From positions 1 through 45,170 of the forward strand of contig CAMNPA010000001.1 of assembly GCA_946547205.1 (NCBI GenBank): a DNA stretch of 45,170 nt, written 5' to 3'. The notes under the pieces are model-generated. The model was not told where the DNA came from and ran no database searches. It worked only from the letters and a program-made list of their open reading frames with translations. Made by a program: the position numbers and the translations under genes. The first letter of the stretch is position 1; the number at the start of each line of letters is the position of its first letter. Source of the DNA: an uncultured Selenomonadales bacterium (GTDB taxonomy: Bacteria; Bacillota; Negativicutes; Selenomonadales; Selenomonadaceae). Positions 26,094 to 34,230 of the stretch are shown one piece after another.

Positions 26094-27068
26094 ATGAAAC
26101 CGATTTACATTCAAGGCGTCGGAGTCATTTCAAGATTTGCGCTCAACTTTGAAGACTTGCTAAAAATCGCCGCCGATGAATCGTTTGCCATTAATTTTGA
26201 TAAGAAATTGTCTTTCGCGCCCAATGCGCCTTTGTCCAAAATCAGACGTGCTCCGCGTTATACTCGAATGGCAGTTTCTGCGGCGGCTCAAGCCAAAATC
26301 GACGCAAATTTATCTGACGACCAAGATAAAGCGCGCGTGGGAACGATATTTTCAAGCGGCTTCGGTTCTTTGGAAAGCACGTTGGAGTTTTCCGATTCAC
26401 TTTTGCCCGGCAAACCTGATTTGGTGAGTCCGATTTTGTTTTCTTATTCGGTTGCCAATGCGTGCGTCGGACAGATTTGCATTTTGAACGGCTTTACGGG
26501 CTTCAGCACATTGTTGACGGCAGGCGACCCTTTGGAATATTCCGCAATGTTGCTTGCGACCGATAAAGCTGACGTAATTTTTTGCGGCGCGACAGATGAA
26601 TACAACGAGGAACTTGACACTGCGATTAAGTCGTGCGGGATTTTGCAAGAAAAAATTTCTGACGGCGCGGCAGTGTTGATTCTTTCGACCAACGCAGAGA
26701 AAAGTTATTGCCGAATAAAAAAATTCTCTTCGGGCTCGCTGGCGGCATATCCTTACATTCACAAAACGGATACGGCTGACAGCGCGGAAGTTTTGGCGGA
26801 AATTTTTTCGGTTTATGAAGAGCCGGAAGTTATCTTAACGTCCTGCAACGGCTCTTACTTCGACGCGATAGAAAAAACTGTGCTGAAAGAAAAATTTAGA
26901 GCTGCCCGACTTATCGACGCGAAAAAATATTTCGGCGAGACTCTCGGCGGCGGCTATATGCTCAACGTGACATTGGGCGCGGCATTTATAAAGCTCGGAC
27001 GTTGCAAATCGTTGTTGGCTGCGGGAATCGACGTTCACGGCAATTATCTGACTGCATTTCTGGATTAG
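26094..27068 (+). CDS. KS-like partner lacking the catalytic histidines (chain-length-factor-like)
   Basis: 324 aa with a thiolase-fold pattern (SYSVANACVGQICILNG). The positions matching HGTGT and GH..GAAG read SCNGSYF and GETLGGGYM, so the His dyad is absent. Confidence 0.65.
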   Translation: MKPIYIQGVGVISRFALNFEDLLKIAADESFAINFDKKLSFAPNAPLSKIRRAPRYTRMAVSAAAQAKIDANLSDDQDKARVGTIFSSGFGSLESTLEFSDSLLPGKPDLVSPILFSYSVANACVGQICILNGFTGFSTLLTAGDPLEYSAMLLATDKADVIFCGATDEYNEELDTAIKSCGILQEKISDGAAVLILSTNAEKSYCRIKKFSSGSLAAYPYIHKTDTADSAEVLAEIFSVYEEPEVILTSCNGSYFDAIEKTVLKEKFRAARLIDAKKYFGETLGGGYMLNVTLGAAFIKLGRCKSLLAAGIDVHGNYLTAFLD

Positions 27069-27086
27069 ACAATCCGTCAACGTCAC

Positions 27087-29774
27087 TCAAGCAATTTGAC
27101 GCTTGACCAAATCGGAGAAAATTCCGTTCAGCGCAACGAGTTCATCAAACGTGCCGCTCTCAACGATTTTTCCTTTGTCGAGCACAATGATTCGGTCGCA
27201 ATCTTCAATCGTGCTCAATCGGTGCGCTACGACGATTCGCGTGACGTTCCGCTTGTTCAAACTCTCGGTGACAATGGCTTGAGTGCGATTATCGAGCGCG
27301 GAAGTTGCCTCGTCGAAGATTAAAATTGCAGGTTTGGCGGCTAAAGCTCTCGCGATTAAAATTCGTTGACGTTGTCCGCCGGAAATATTTGTCGAGCCTT
27401 CGCTGATGAAAGTTTGCATGCCCATCGGCATTTTTTTTATGTCTTCGTCGAGACCGGCGGCTTTTGCGGCTTCCCAAGCGTCTTCTTGCGTCAAAGCAGT
27501 CGCGCCGACAATGTTTGCAAAAATATCGCCGCTCATGAGTTGTCCGTTCTGCAAAACGACGCCCATTTGACTGCGCACCGACGAAACGTTGAGTTCCGAC
27601 AAGTCTTGACCGTCATAATAAACTGCGCCGCTTTTTGGCTCTTCAAAACCGAGCAGCAATCGGAGCAACGTCGATTTTCCGCAACCGCTCTTGCCGACAA
27701 TCGCAACGTTCTCGCCCGCCGCAATCCGAAAACTCATGTCGTCGACAACATTTGGCGAATCGGCTGTGTAGGAAAAAGTTAAATGCGAAACTTCAATCGC
27801 GCCGCTCAAAATGTCCGCGTCCGGCTTGTCGGCTGAAACTTCGGGCATCTCTTCCAAAATCGGTCGCAAGTTCTCTATCTGCGGCTGAATCACGAAGAAT
27901 TTTTCGATAAAGCCCGTCAGCGTGTTCAAAGCCATATTAAAACTCGTGAACGCTGCTTGAAACGCGATGAACTCCGCGAAGTCAATTCCCGATACGAAAA
28001 TTTCGCCGTTGAGTTCACCCAAAACGTAAAACGCCACGTAAAAAAGCAACAACGTCATTGTCAACGGCTGAATTGCCGCAAAAGTGTTGAGATATTTGGA
28101 TTGCAGACTCAGTGCATAATTCCATTTCCATTCCTCGCCGAAAACTTTGCTCCAGAGAAAATAAGCCTGCTCTTCCGCGCCGCCGATTCTGAATTTCGGC
28201 AAGCCCGTAAATATTTGCTGAACCATTCCCGAATTTGCATTCTTCGCCGCGACCCATTTGACTTGAAATTCTCCGAACTTGCGGCAGAGAAAAAACGTCA
28301 CTGCCACATAAAACAGCCACAAAACTAACGCCGCCGCCGTCAACTTCAAGCTGTACCAGCACATTAAAAGCAAACTCCAAAATGAAAACAGCACGTTGAG
28401 TATCGCCGCGATCATTTCGCCGCTTAAAATTTCTTTTATCTTTTCTATTCCCAAAATCCTCTGCGCCAGTTCGCCGGATTGAAAGCGTCGGAAAAAACTC
28501 GTCGGCAAAGCCAAGATTCTGCCCCAAAGTGCCGCTTCCGTCTGCATGTCGATATGCGACGTGATTCTCAGCACCGCGATTGAACGCACGATTGACACCG
28601 CCGCCATTGTGAACGCCGTGACGATTGAAACTTGCGTGACGATAACCAAGCCGCGCCTGTCGAGTATCGGAATTATGTCCGCGAAGATGCTTTGCGTGAT
28701 AATCGGCGTGACAATCGGAATTAAGCCCGCGACAAAACTTGCCGCCAAAATTTGACGATAATCGACGCGCCAAATGCGATTCAGCATGAATCTCATCAAG
28801 TCGACGAACTTCAACGGACGCAACGGCAAGCCCGCATAACATTGGAACGCGCTCGGCTCAATCTGCGCGGCAATTTGTTTGTCAATCAGAGTTCCGTCGA
28901 GATTTTTCGCGGTGATAAGTTTGTAAACGTCGGGACTTTGCGGAATGAACGCTGCAAGCTCTTTCTTGTCGCCGAAGTAGCCGATAAAAATTCCGCTGTC
29001 CTTTTGAAACCAGTCGCCTTCCAAAGTCACGAGTCGCATTTGCATATTTGCCTTTTGCACGAGACGACGAATCAAACCGATTTGATCGAGGTTCTTGGCA
29101 ATTTCCGGAGCAAGTCGCAGATTATTCGCGGGCATACCCAAAAATTTGGCGACACTCTTAACGAGGAAAGCAATTTCTTCCAATTTGCCTTCGCCGCCGG
29201 AATCTTCGCCGTACAGTGATTCTTCGCCGCGGAGATTGTCAATCGCCGCGTTGATGAGATTTTTTTTGTGACGACTGCGAGTTTCGAGCCGCATTTCCAA
29301 TCGTTTATCTTCCGCATCAAAACGCATGCCGAGCAGCATCGCGAAAATCTGTTCGTTTTCGGTGAAGTCGTCGAGCAAAGTTTCCAAGTCGTTTTCCGAG
29401 CCGCGCAGGACTTGTCCGTTTATCCACGGGATTAACACATCGTCGCCTTTGTCAGCCAAAAGTTTAAGCCACGGCAGCTTTATCAAATTTTGGAACCACG
29501 CGCGCATTAAATTTGCCTGTTCGAGCGGCGAAACTTCGTTGAACGATAAAATTTCAAGCTCCGAATCTTGCACGGCGTAAATTTGCATGTCGATTTGCTC
29601 AAATTCGTCCAGCGACGGATAAGCAGCTCCGTTTATCGGCAGCTCCATTAAAAAAATTTGTCGGAATGATTCTTTTAATTGAGTGACGGCGTAAACTTCA
29701 GCCGCGCCCGATTTCAGGCGAACAAATTTATTTTCGTCGTGCAGTTTAAATCGTTGTCCCGCCAAAAGTTTCAT
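27087..29774 (-). CDS. ABC exporter (TMD+NBD) with a ~330-aa N-terminal non-peptidase domain; second ABC of an NHLM-type bacteriocin export cassette
   Basis: Walker A GKSGCGKSTL, signature ISGGQRQRILIARAL, Walker B ILIFDEATSALD. The N-terminal extension has no C39 Cys/His motifs. The ATG at 29774 is preceded by GGAGG and overlaps the upstream stop (ATGA). The track start at 29945 is an extension inside the upstream gene. Confidence 0.85.
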   Translation of the reverse strand: MKLLAGQRFKLHDENKFVRLKSGAAEVYAVTQLKESFRQIFLMELPINGAAYPSLDEFEQIDMQIYAVQDSELEILSFNEVSPLEQANLMRAWFQNLIKLPWLKLLADKGDDVLIPWINGQVLRGSENDLETLLDDFTENEQIFAMLLGMRFDAEDKRLEMRLETRSRHKKNLINAAIDNLRGEESLYGEDSGGEGKLEEIAFLVKSVAKFLGMPANNLRLAPEIAKNLDQIGLIRRLVQKANMQMRLVTLEGDWFQKDSGIFIGYFGDKKELAAFIPQSPDVYKLITAKNLDGTLIDKQIAAQIEPSAFQCYAGLPLRPLKFVDLMRFMLNRIWRVDYRQILAASFVAGLIPIVTPIITQSIFADIIPILDRRGLVIVTQVSIVTAFTMAAVSIVRSIAVLRITSHIDMQTEAALWGRILALPTSFFRRFQSGELAQRILGIEKIKEILSGEMIAAILNVLFSFWSLLLMCWYSLKLTAAALVLWLFYVAVTFFLCRKFGEFQVKWVAAKNANSGMVQQIFTGLPKFRIGGAEEQAYFLWSKVFGEEWKWNYALSLQSKYLNTFAAIQPLTMTLLLFYVAFYVLGELNGEIFVSGIDFAEFIAFQAAFTSFNMALNTLTGFIEKFFVIQPQIENLRPILEEMPEVSADKPDADILSGAIEVSHLTFSYTADSPNVVDDMSFRIAAGENVAIVGKSGCGKSTLLRLLLGFEEPKSGAVYYDGQDLSELNVSSVRSQMGVVLQNGQLMSGDIFANIVGATALTQEDAWEAAKAAGLDEDIKKMPMGMQTFISEGSTNISGGQRQRILIARALAAKPAILIFDEATSALDNRTQAIVTESLNKRNVTRIVVAHRLSTIEDCDRIIVLDKGKIVESGTFDELVALNGIFSDLVKRQIA

Positions 29775-31984
29775 TGGCTTGCCTCCGCCGTATTTTTGGT
29801 GCTGCCTTGAATCAATCTGCGATAAGCTCCGTCGTGCTGAATCATTTCGCGATGAGTGCCGCGTTCGACGACTTTGCCTTTGTCCAAAACAATAATCTCG
29901 TCGCAGTCTCTGATTGTCGAAAGTCTGTGCGCCACGATAAAACATGAACAGCCGCGCCGCCGAATATTTTCCAGAACAATTTTTTCGGTCACGGGATCAA
30001 GTGCACTGGTTGCCTCGTCCAAAACCAGAATCGACGGATTGTTTGCCAAGGCGCGAGCAATTTCGAGCCTTTGACGCTGACCGCCCGAAAAATTCAAGCC
30101 GCCTTCGGAAACTTGAGCCTCGTAGCCGCCTTCGAGTTTCAAAATGTCGTCGTGAATGCAAGCGTCCTGCGCCGCGCGGATAACGTCATCTTTTTTGGCG
30201 GAAGTATCAAACAGCGTGATATTTTCGCGAACGGTGCCCGTGATTTGGAAAATGTCTTGGTCAACGGACGACAGCGAATTAACAATGACATCGCGCGGAA
30301 TTTCACGACGAATCACACCGTCAAAGAGAACGTCGCCGCTCCATTCCTCATAAAAGCCCGTCAAAATTTTTGAGAGCGTCGATTTTCCGGAACCGCTGAA
30401 ACCGACAATCGCGACCCAACGTCCCGGCTCCACGTGCAAATTAAAATTCTCCAAAAGCGGCGGCTCAAGCGGACTGTAGCCGAAATTTACGTTGCTCAAT
30501 TCAATTTCGCCCGATAAGCGCGTGCCGTTGAAATTATTTGCGCGAGTTTCTTCGGGATAATTCAAACCGTCGACTTGATAGCGATAAACGTCGTCGAGGC
30601 GTTGCATTTGCATTTCCGTCGTCTGCAAAGTCGTTCCGAGTTTAACCATTTTATCGACCGGCTCTTGAAACCTGCCCATCAAATTTTGAAACGCCGTAAA
30701 AATGCCCGCCGTCATCACGCCTTCCATAATCGAAAAGCCGCCGAGTGTGATTATCAGCGCGGAATTTATTCCCGTGAGCAGAGTCGGCAAAACATTCATC
30801 GTCAGCGACTTCATTTGAACTTCTTGCGTGCCGATTAAAGCTTTTGAGTGATAGCCTGCCCATTTCGCGAAAAAATCGCTTTCGTTGCCGTTCGCCTTGA
30901 TAGTTTCGATAATCGCCAGTCCGTTTACCGCAACTCCGAATTCTTTTCCGAGTGCCTGCTGAACTTGCATATTCATATCCGTAATTTGTCGGCGCAAAAG
31001 AAAAAAAACGATTAAATCTACGACGCTGAAGCTCACGCCGATAATCGTCAGTGTCACGCTGTATTGAAACAGCAACGCGAGATAAAACAGCGCGATAAGA
31101 AAATCCAAGACAGCCGTTGCCGCTTGATTCGCCAAAACTCTTGAGATTAAATCGATGAAACTTACTCGCGACGCTATTTCGCCCGCGTATCGTTGCTGAA
31201 AGAAAGTCATCGGCAATCTTAGGACGTGCCAAAAAAATCTTGACGAGTCGGAGAGCGTCAATTTCTTTTGCCAGCGCGTCAGCAAAATCGTTCGCAAAAT
31301 GTTGAGAATGCCCGTCAAAATGATTGTGCCGATCATCGCCAAACATAACTTCGGCATCCAATCGGGATGTTTGCCGCTCAAGATGTCGTCGAGAAAAATT
31401 TGATTGAACACGGGCGACGCCAGACCCGGAAAAATCATTGCCGCACCAATCAGCATGACGAAAATCATTGCAACTTTATCTTGAGCGAGTTTTTCCGAAA
31501 TGGCTTTGACGACGCTGTATCTTTGACCTTCGCGCCTAAAATTTTCGTCGGGCTTGAACGTCATCGCAATGCCGGTGTAAGACGTGGAAAAATCTTTCCA
31601 AGGAACTTTTCGCCGACCCATCGCCGGATCGTTAAGATATGCAACGTCGCCGATAATGCCTTCCAAAACGACGAAATGATTGAATTCCCAATGGATTATC
31701 ATCGGGAAAGTTTTTTTCTTTAAAGTGTCCGCCTTCCAACGAAAAGCTTTTGCTTCCAAGCCGAGATGTTTAGCCGCTTTTAAAATGTTTGCCGCTTTGG
31801 AGCCGTCGCGATTGACGCCGCATTCTTGACGCATCTTTTCGAGCGGAACCCAACGTCCGAAACTCGCCAAAATCATTGCCAACGCCGCCGCGCCGCATTC
31901 GACAGACTCCATTTGCAAAATCGTCGACACCTTCACGCGCGAACCGTCTTTTGCCGCGAAAAATTTTTTTATCTTGCCAATCAT
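29771..31984 (-). CDS. Bacteriocin-processing ABC exporter with N-terminal C39 cysteine peptidase domain
   Basis: C39 motifs: QMESVECGAAALAMILASFG (catalytic Cys) and IIHWEFNHFVVLEG (His). Walker A GFSGSGKSTL, signature FSGGQRQRLEIARAL, Walker B ILVLDEATSALD. ATG at 31984; the track start at 32053 is a TTG. Confidence 0.9.
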   Translation of the reverse strand: MIGKIKKFFAAKDGSRVKVSTILQMESVECGAAALAMILASFGRWVPLEKMRQECGVNRDGSKAANILKAAKHLGLEAKAFRWKADTLKKKTFPMIIHWEFNHFVVLEGIIGDVAYLNDPAMGRRKVPWKDFSTSYTGIAMTFKPDENFRREGQRYSVVKAISEKLAQDKVAMIFVMLIGAAMIFPGLASPVFNQIFLDDILSGKHPDWMPKLCLAMIGTIILTGILNILRTILLTRWQKKLTLSDSSRFFWHVLRLPMTFFQQRYAGEIASRVSFIDLISRVLANQAATAVLDFLIALFYLALLFQYSVTLTIIGVSFSVVDLIVFFLLRRQITDMNMQVQQALGKEFGVAVNGLAIIETIKANGNESDFFAKWAGYHSKALIGTQEVQMKSLTMNVLPTLLTGINSALIITLGGFSIMEGVMTAGIFTAFQNLMGRFQEPVDKMVKLGTTLQTTEMQMQRLDDVYRYQVDGLNYPEETRANNFNGTRLSGEIELSNVNFGYSPLEPPLLENFNLHVEPGRWVAIVGFSGSGKSTLSKILTGFYEEWSGDVLFDGVIRREIPRDVIVNSLSSVDQDIFQITGTVRENITLFDTSAKKDDVIRAAQDACIHDDILKLEGGYEAQVSEGGLNFSGGQRQRLEIARALANNPSILVLDEATSALDPVTEKIVLENIRRRGCSCFIVAHRLSTIRDCDEIIVLDKGKVVERGTHREMIQHDGAYRRLIQGSTKNTAEASQ

Positions 31985-31988
31985 GCCG

Positions 31989-32948
31989 TCACCTGCTCCT
32001 AAGCCGTTGACTGATCTTGTAAAAAACTTTTTCAATCGGCGGTTGTCGCTCAATGATTATCGAGCCCGTGCAAAAACTTCCGGGCGTTATCGGTTTGTGC
32101 TCTCCGACAATCGAAGTCCACAGGTAGCCCGACTCCGAATCTTCATCCTTAACCAAATCGAATTTAATTTCCATGAGCGCGCTGTTTTGAGAAGTTTGAA
32201 TCCACTGCGCAAGTTGAGCGTTGCCGAGTTTTTGACGGATGCTTTCCGCAGAAACGGGATATTGCGAGACTGCACGCACGACGCCGATTAGACTGCCTGC
32301 TTGCGAAGTGTCCACGCCGTTTGGAACAAGTTGAATCGTCATGCCCGGCTCAACACGCTTGCCTTTGTCGACAGGAATATAAAAAACGCCTTTCAAGTCG
32401 TCGCGATTTTGTGTAAGGCGAATCGTGCAGACAGGCGAGCCGCTTGAAATAACTTTGCCCTTCTCAATCAAAACTTCGTCAATAATTCCGTCGTAGTCGC
32501 TGTAAATGTATTCGGCAATGTTAAGCTGCTCTTTCTTCGCGCCGTATTGATAAACTCTGTTCAAAGCGTCGCGGTCGCTTGAAGCAAGTCCCATGCCGTA
32601 TTGCGCCATTCGAGTATCAGCCGATTGAGACGCCTGTTCGAGTTGCGCAATTAAATCGCCGCTATGAACATGAGTTCCGGTTTTTACGTAGACAGCAGAA
32701 ACTTTGCCGCCGGATATGTGCGAAACGTTCACGACGCCTGCAGAGTCCATGATAAGTCCCATGCCGTTAGCTTTGACCGTGAACGCGCCGAAGATTGACC
32801 ACAGCACGATTGAAAACAGCAAAAGCAAAATTGCCGCCATCATGACCCAACCTATCGGCGTCGTTATCGGAAAAAGCATGTCCAAACGTTCGGGCGAGCG
32901 CAATTTATTCAGTGCCTCTTTACTGAAGAGCCGATCTTGTTTAGCCAA
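31989..32948 (-). CDS. HlyD-family secretion adaptor (NHLM-type bacteriocin secretion protein)
   Basis: N-terminal LFSKEALNKLRSPERLD, then TM IGWVMMAAILLLLFSIVLWSIF, lipoyl-like ISGGKVSAVYVKTGTHVHSGDLIAQL, and a beta-barrel C-terminus. No ATG lies upstream of the TM. TTG at 32948 sits 9 nt after AAGGAG. TTG at 32966 or 32978 are alternatives. Confidence 0.75.
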   Translation of the reverse strand: MAKQDRLFSKEALNKLRSPERLDMLFPITTPIGWVMMAAILLLLFSIVLWSIFGAFTVKANGMGLIMDSAGVVNVSHISGGKVSAVYVKTGTHVHSGDLIAQLEQASQSADTRMAQYGMGLASSDRDALNRVYQYGAKKEQLNIAEYIYSDYDGIIDEVLIEKGKVISSGSPVCTIRLTQNRDDLKGVFYIPVDKGKRVEPGMTIQLVPNGVDTSQAGSLIGVVRAVSQYPVSAESIRQKLGNAQLAQWIQTSQNSALMEIKFDLVKDEDSESGYLWTSIVGEHKPITPGSFCTGSIIIERQPPIEKVFYKISQRLRSR

Positions 32949-34194
32949 TGTCGCCGTCTCCTTCAAGCGTAAAATCAACTTTCATACCGTCTTCAAGGTC
33001 TTCGGTGCCGCTCGTTACGACCAATTCATTTTCCTTCAGACCGTGCACGACTTCGATAAAATTTCCGTCGTCCGAACCCGTTTCAATCTCACGCCGAAAA
33101 ATTTTCCCGTCAGCTGCGACGAAAACTTCATTCCGTGCCGGCGAAGTCATTGCGCTAAGCGGTACCGTCAAACAATTTCGCGGGCTCATCATCTGCAAAG
33201 ACGGCGCGTTATACGTTTGCGGCTCAAGGAGACCTGCGCGGTTATCAATTTCCCAGAGAATTTTTCTGATGTTCGCGGGAACTTCAGGCGACGGAGTTAT
33301 TTCGATGATTTGCGCAGTAAATTTTTGCTCGCTGCCCGAATTGCCTGCCTCGTATTCCGTATCGTAAATCTTGGAAAAATTTGCGTGGCTGAAACGGAGC
33401 GTCGCCACATCTCCGATTTTAAATCGCTTGGTGAATTTGTCTTCAATGTCAACGGAAAAATTCAGCGTCCGAAAATCGCCGACCAAAGCCATCGCCGTTC
33501 CTGCCGTCACATACGAGCCTTGCGTTTTGTACAAAATCAAAACTTCGCCGTCAATCGGTGCGGTTATTTCGCTGTATGAACTCTCAATCAAGAGCTGTTC
33601 TTTCTGCGCGATTAAATATTCTTTCTGCACAAGCAACGATTTCTTTTGAAGGTGTGAATTTTGAAGATTAACCTGCGCTTCTTTGTATGTCGCTTCGATT
33701 TCTTCAAATTTTTCGGTCGAAACTGCGTCTTGAGCAATCAGTTGGCTGTAGCGTTCAAAATCACTCTTCGCGCGTACCAAATTCGTTTCCGACTTCATTA
33801 TTTCGTTGTCCGCCCGCAGAATTTCATTTTCAATCTTGAGAATGTCAATGTCAGCCTGCCGAAGTTTTACCGATTGCGTGTCGTTCGTCACCGTGAATAA
33901 TTTTTGCCCTTGAACAACGCGATCATTTTTCCGCACGTCAATTGAAGTTATTCTGCCGTCGAGCAACGCCACTGCGTCCGTCATTTTGTTTGAATAAAGA
34001 TTCAACGTATCGAGTGCCAGTCTCGGCTTGAGTTGTCGCATTTGAACTTTCGCGCCGCGCAGTGGAATTGTCTGGTTGCTCATTCGCTCCGCTATTTGAT
34101 TTTCGCCGCGCTGATTCAAATATGTCCCGTATGCCACCAGTGCGATTATCAGGACTAAAATAATTCCCAAGCCTATAAAAAATGGTCGTTTCAT
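32941..34194 (-). CDS. Second membrane-fusion (HlyD/RND-adaptor-like) protein
   Basis: N-terminal anchor MKRPFFIGLGIILVLIIALVAY. Lipoyl-like halves LDGRITSIDVRKNDRVVQGQKLFTV and ITAPIDGEVLILYKTQGSYVTAGTAMALV are separated by a coiled-coil region. Confidence 0.75.
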   Translation of the reverse strand: MKRPFFIGLGIILVLIIALVAYGTYLNQRGENQIAERMSNQTIPLRGAKVQMRQLKPRLALDTLNLYSNKMTDAVALLDGRITSIDVRKNDRVVQGQKLFTVTNDTQSVKLRQADIDILKIENEILRADNEIMKSETNLVRAKSDFERYSQLIAQDAVSTEKFEEIEATYKEAQVNLQNSHLQKKSLLVQKEYLIAQKEQLLIESSYSEITAPIDGEVLILYKTQGSYVTAGTAMALVGDFRTLNFSVDIEDKFTKRFKIGDVATLRFSHANFSKIYDTEYEAGNSGSEQKFTAQIIEITPSPEVPANIRKILWEIDNRAGLLEPQTYNAPSLQMMSPRNCLTVPLSAMTSPARNEVFVAADGKIFRREIETGSDDGNFIEVVHGLKENELVVTSGTEDLEDGMKVDFTLEGDGDIG

Positions 34195-34230
34195 TGAACA
34201 ACTACTTCCTCAAAATTTTTTTTACAAACT

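Noticed and set aside
27069-27086. Expected bidirectional terminator at the convergent junction between the KS-like gene and the ABC gene
   Set aside because: Only 18 nt (acaatccgtcaacgtcac) separate the two stops, and they contain no hairpin. No terminator can be called. Convergent read-through is possible but unsupported by sequence alone.
28015-28842. 275-aa minus-strand ORF inside the ABC transporter gene (also 30651-31361, 236 aa)
   Set aside because: These are alternative frames of genes whose main frame carries Walker A/B, signature and TM segments. The translations are Arg/Gly-rich nonsense.
29775-29945. N-terminal extensions proposed by the ORF track (also 14251-14361, 8642-8758, 2189-2311, 40294-40380, 32949-32978, 21705-21725, 7422-7439, 10831-10848)
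   Set aside because: The track opens ORFs at the first ATG/GTG/TTG after a stop. These extensions lie inside the preceding gene and lack an RBS. Each is followed by an internal start with a good Shine-Dalgarno or a stop/start overlap.
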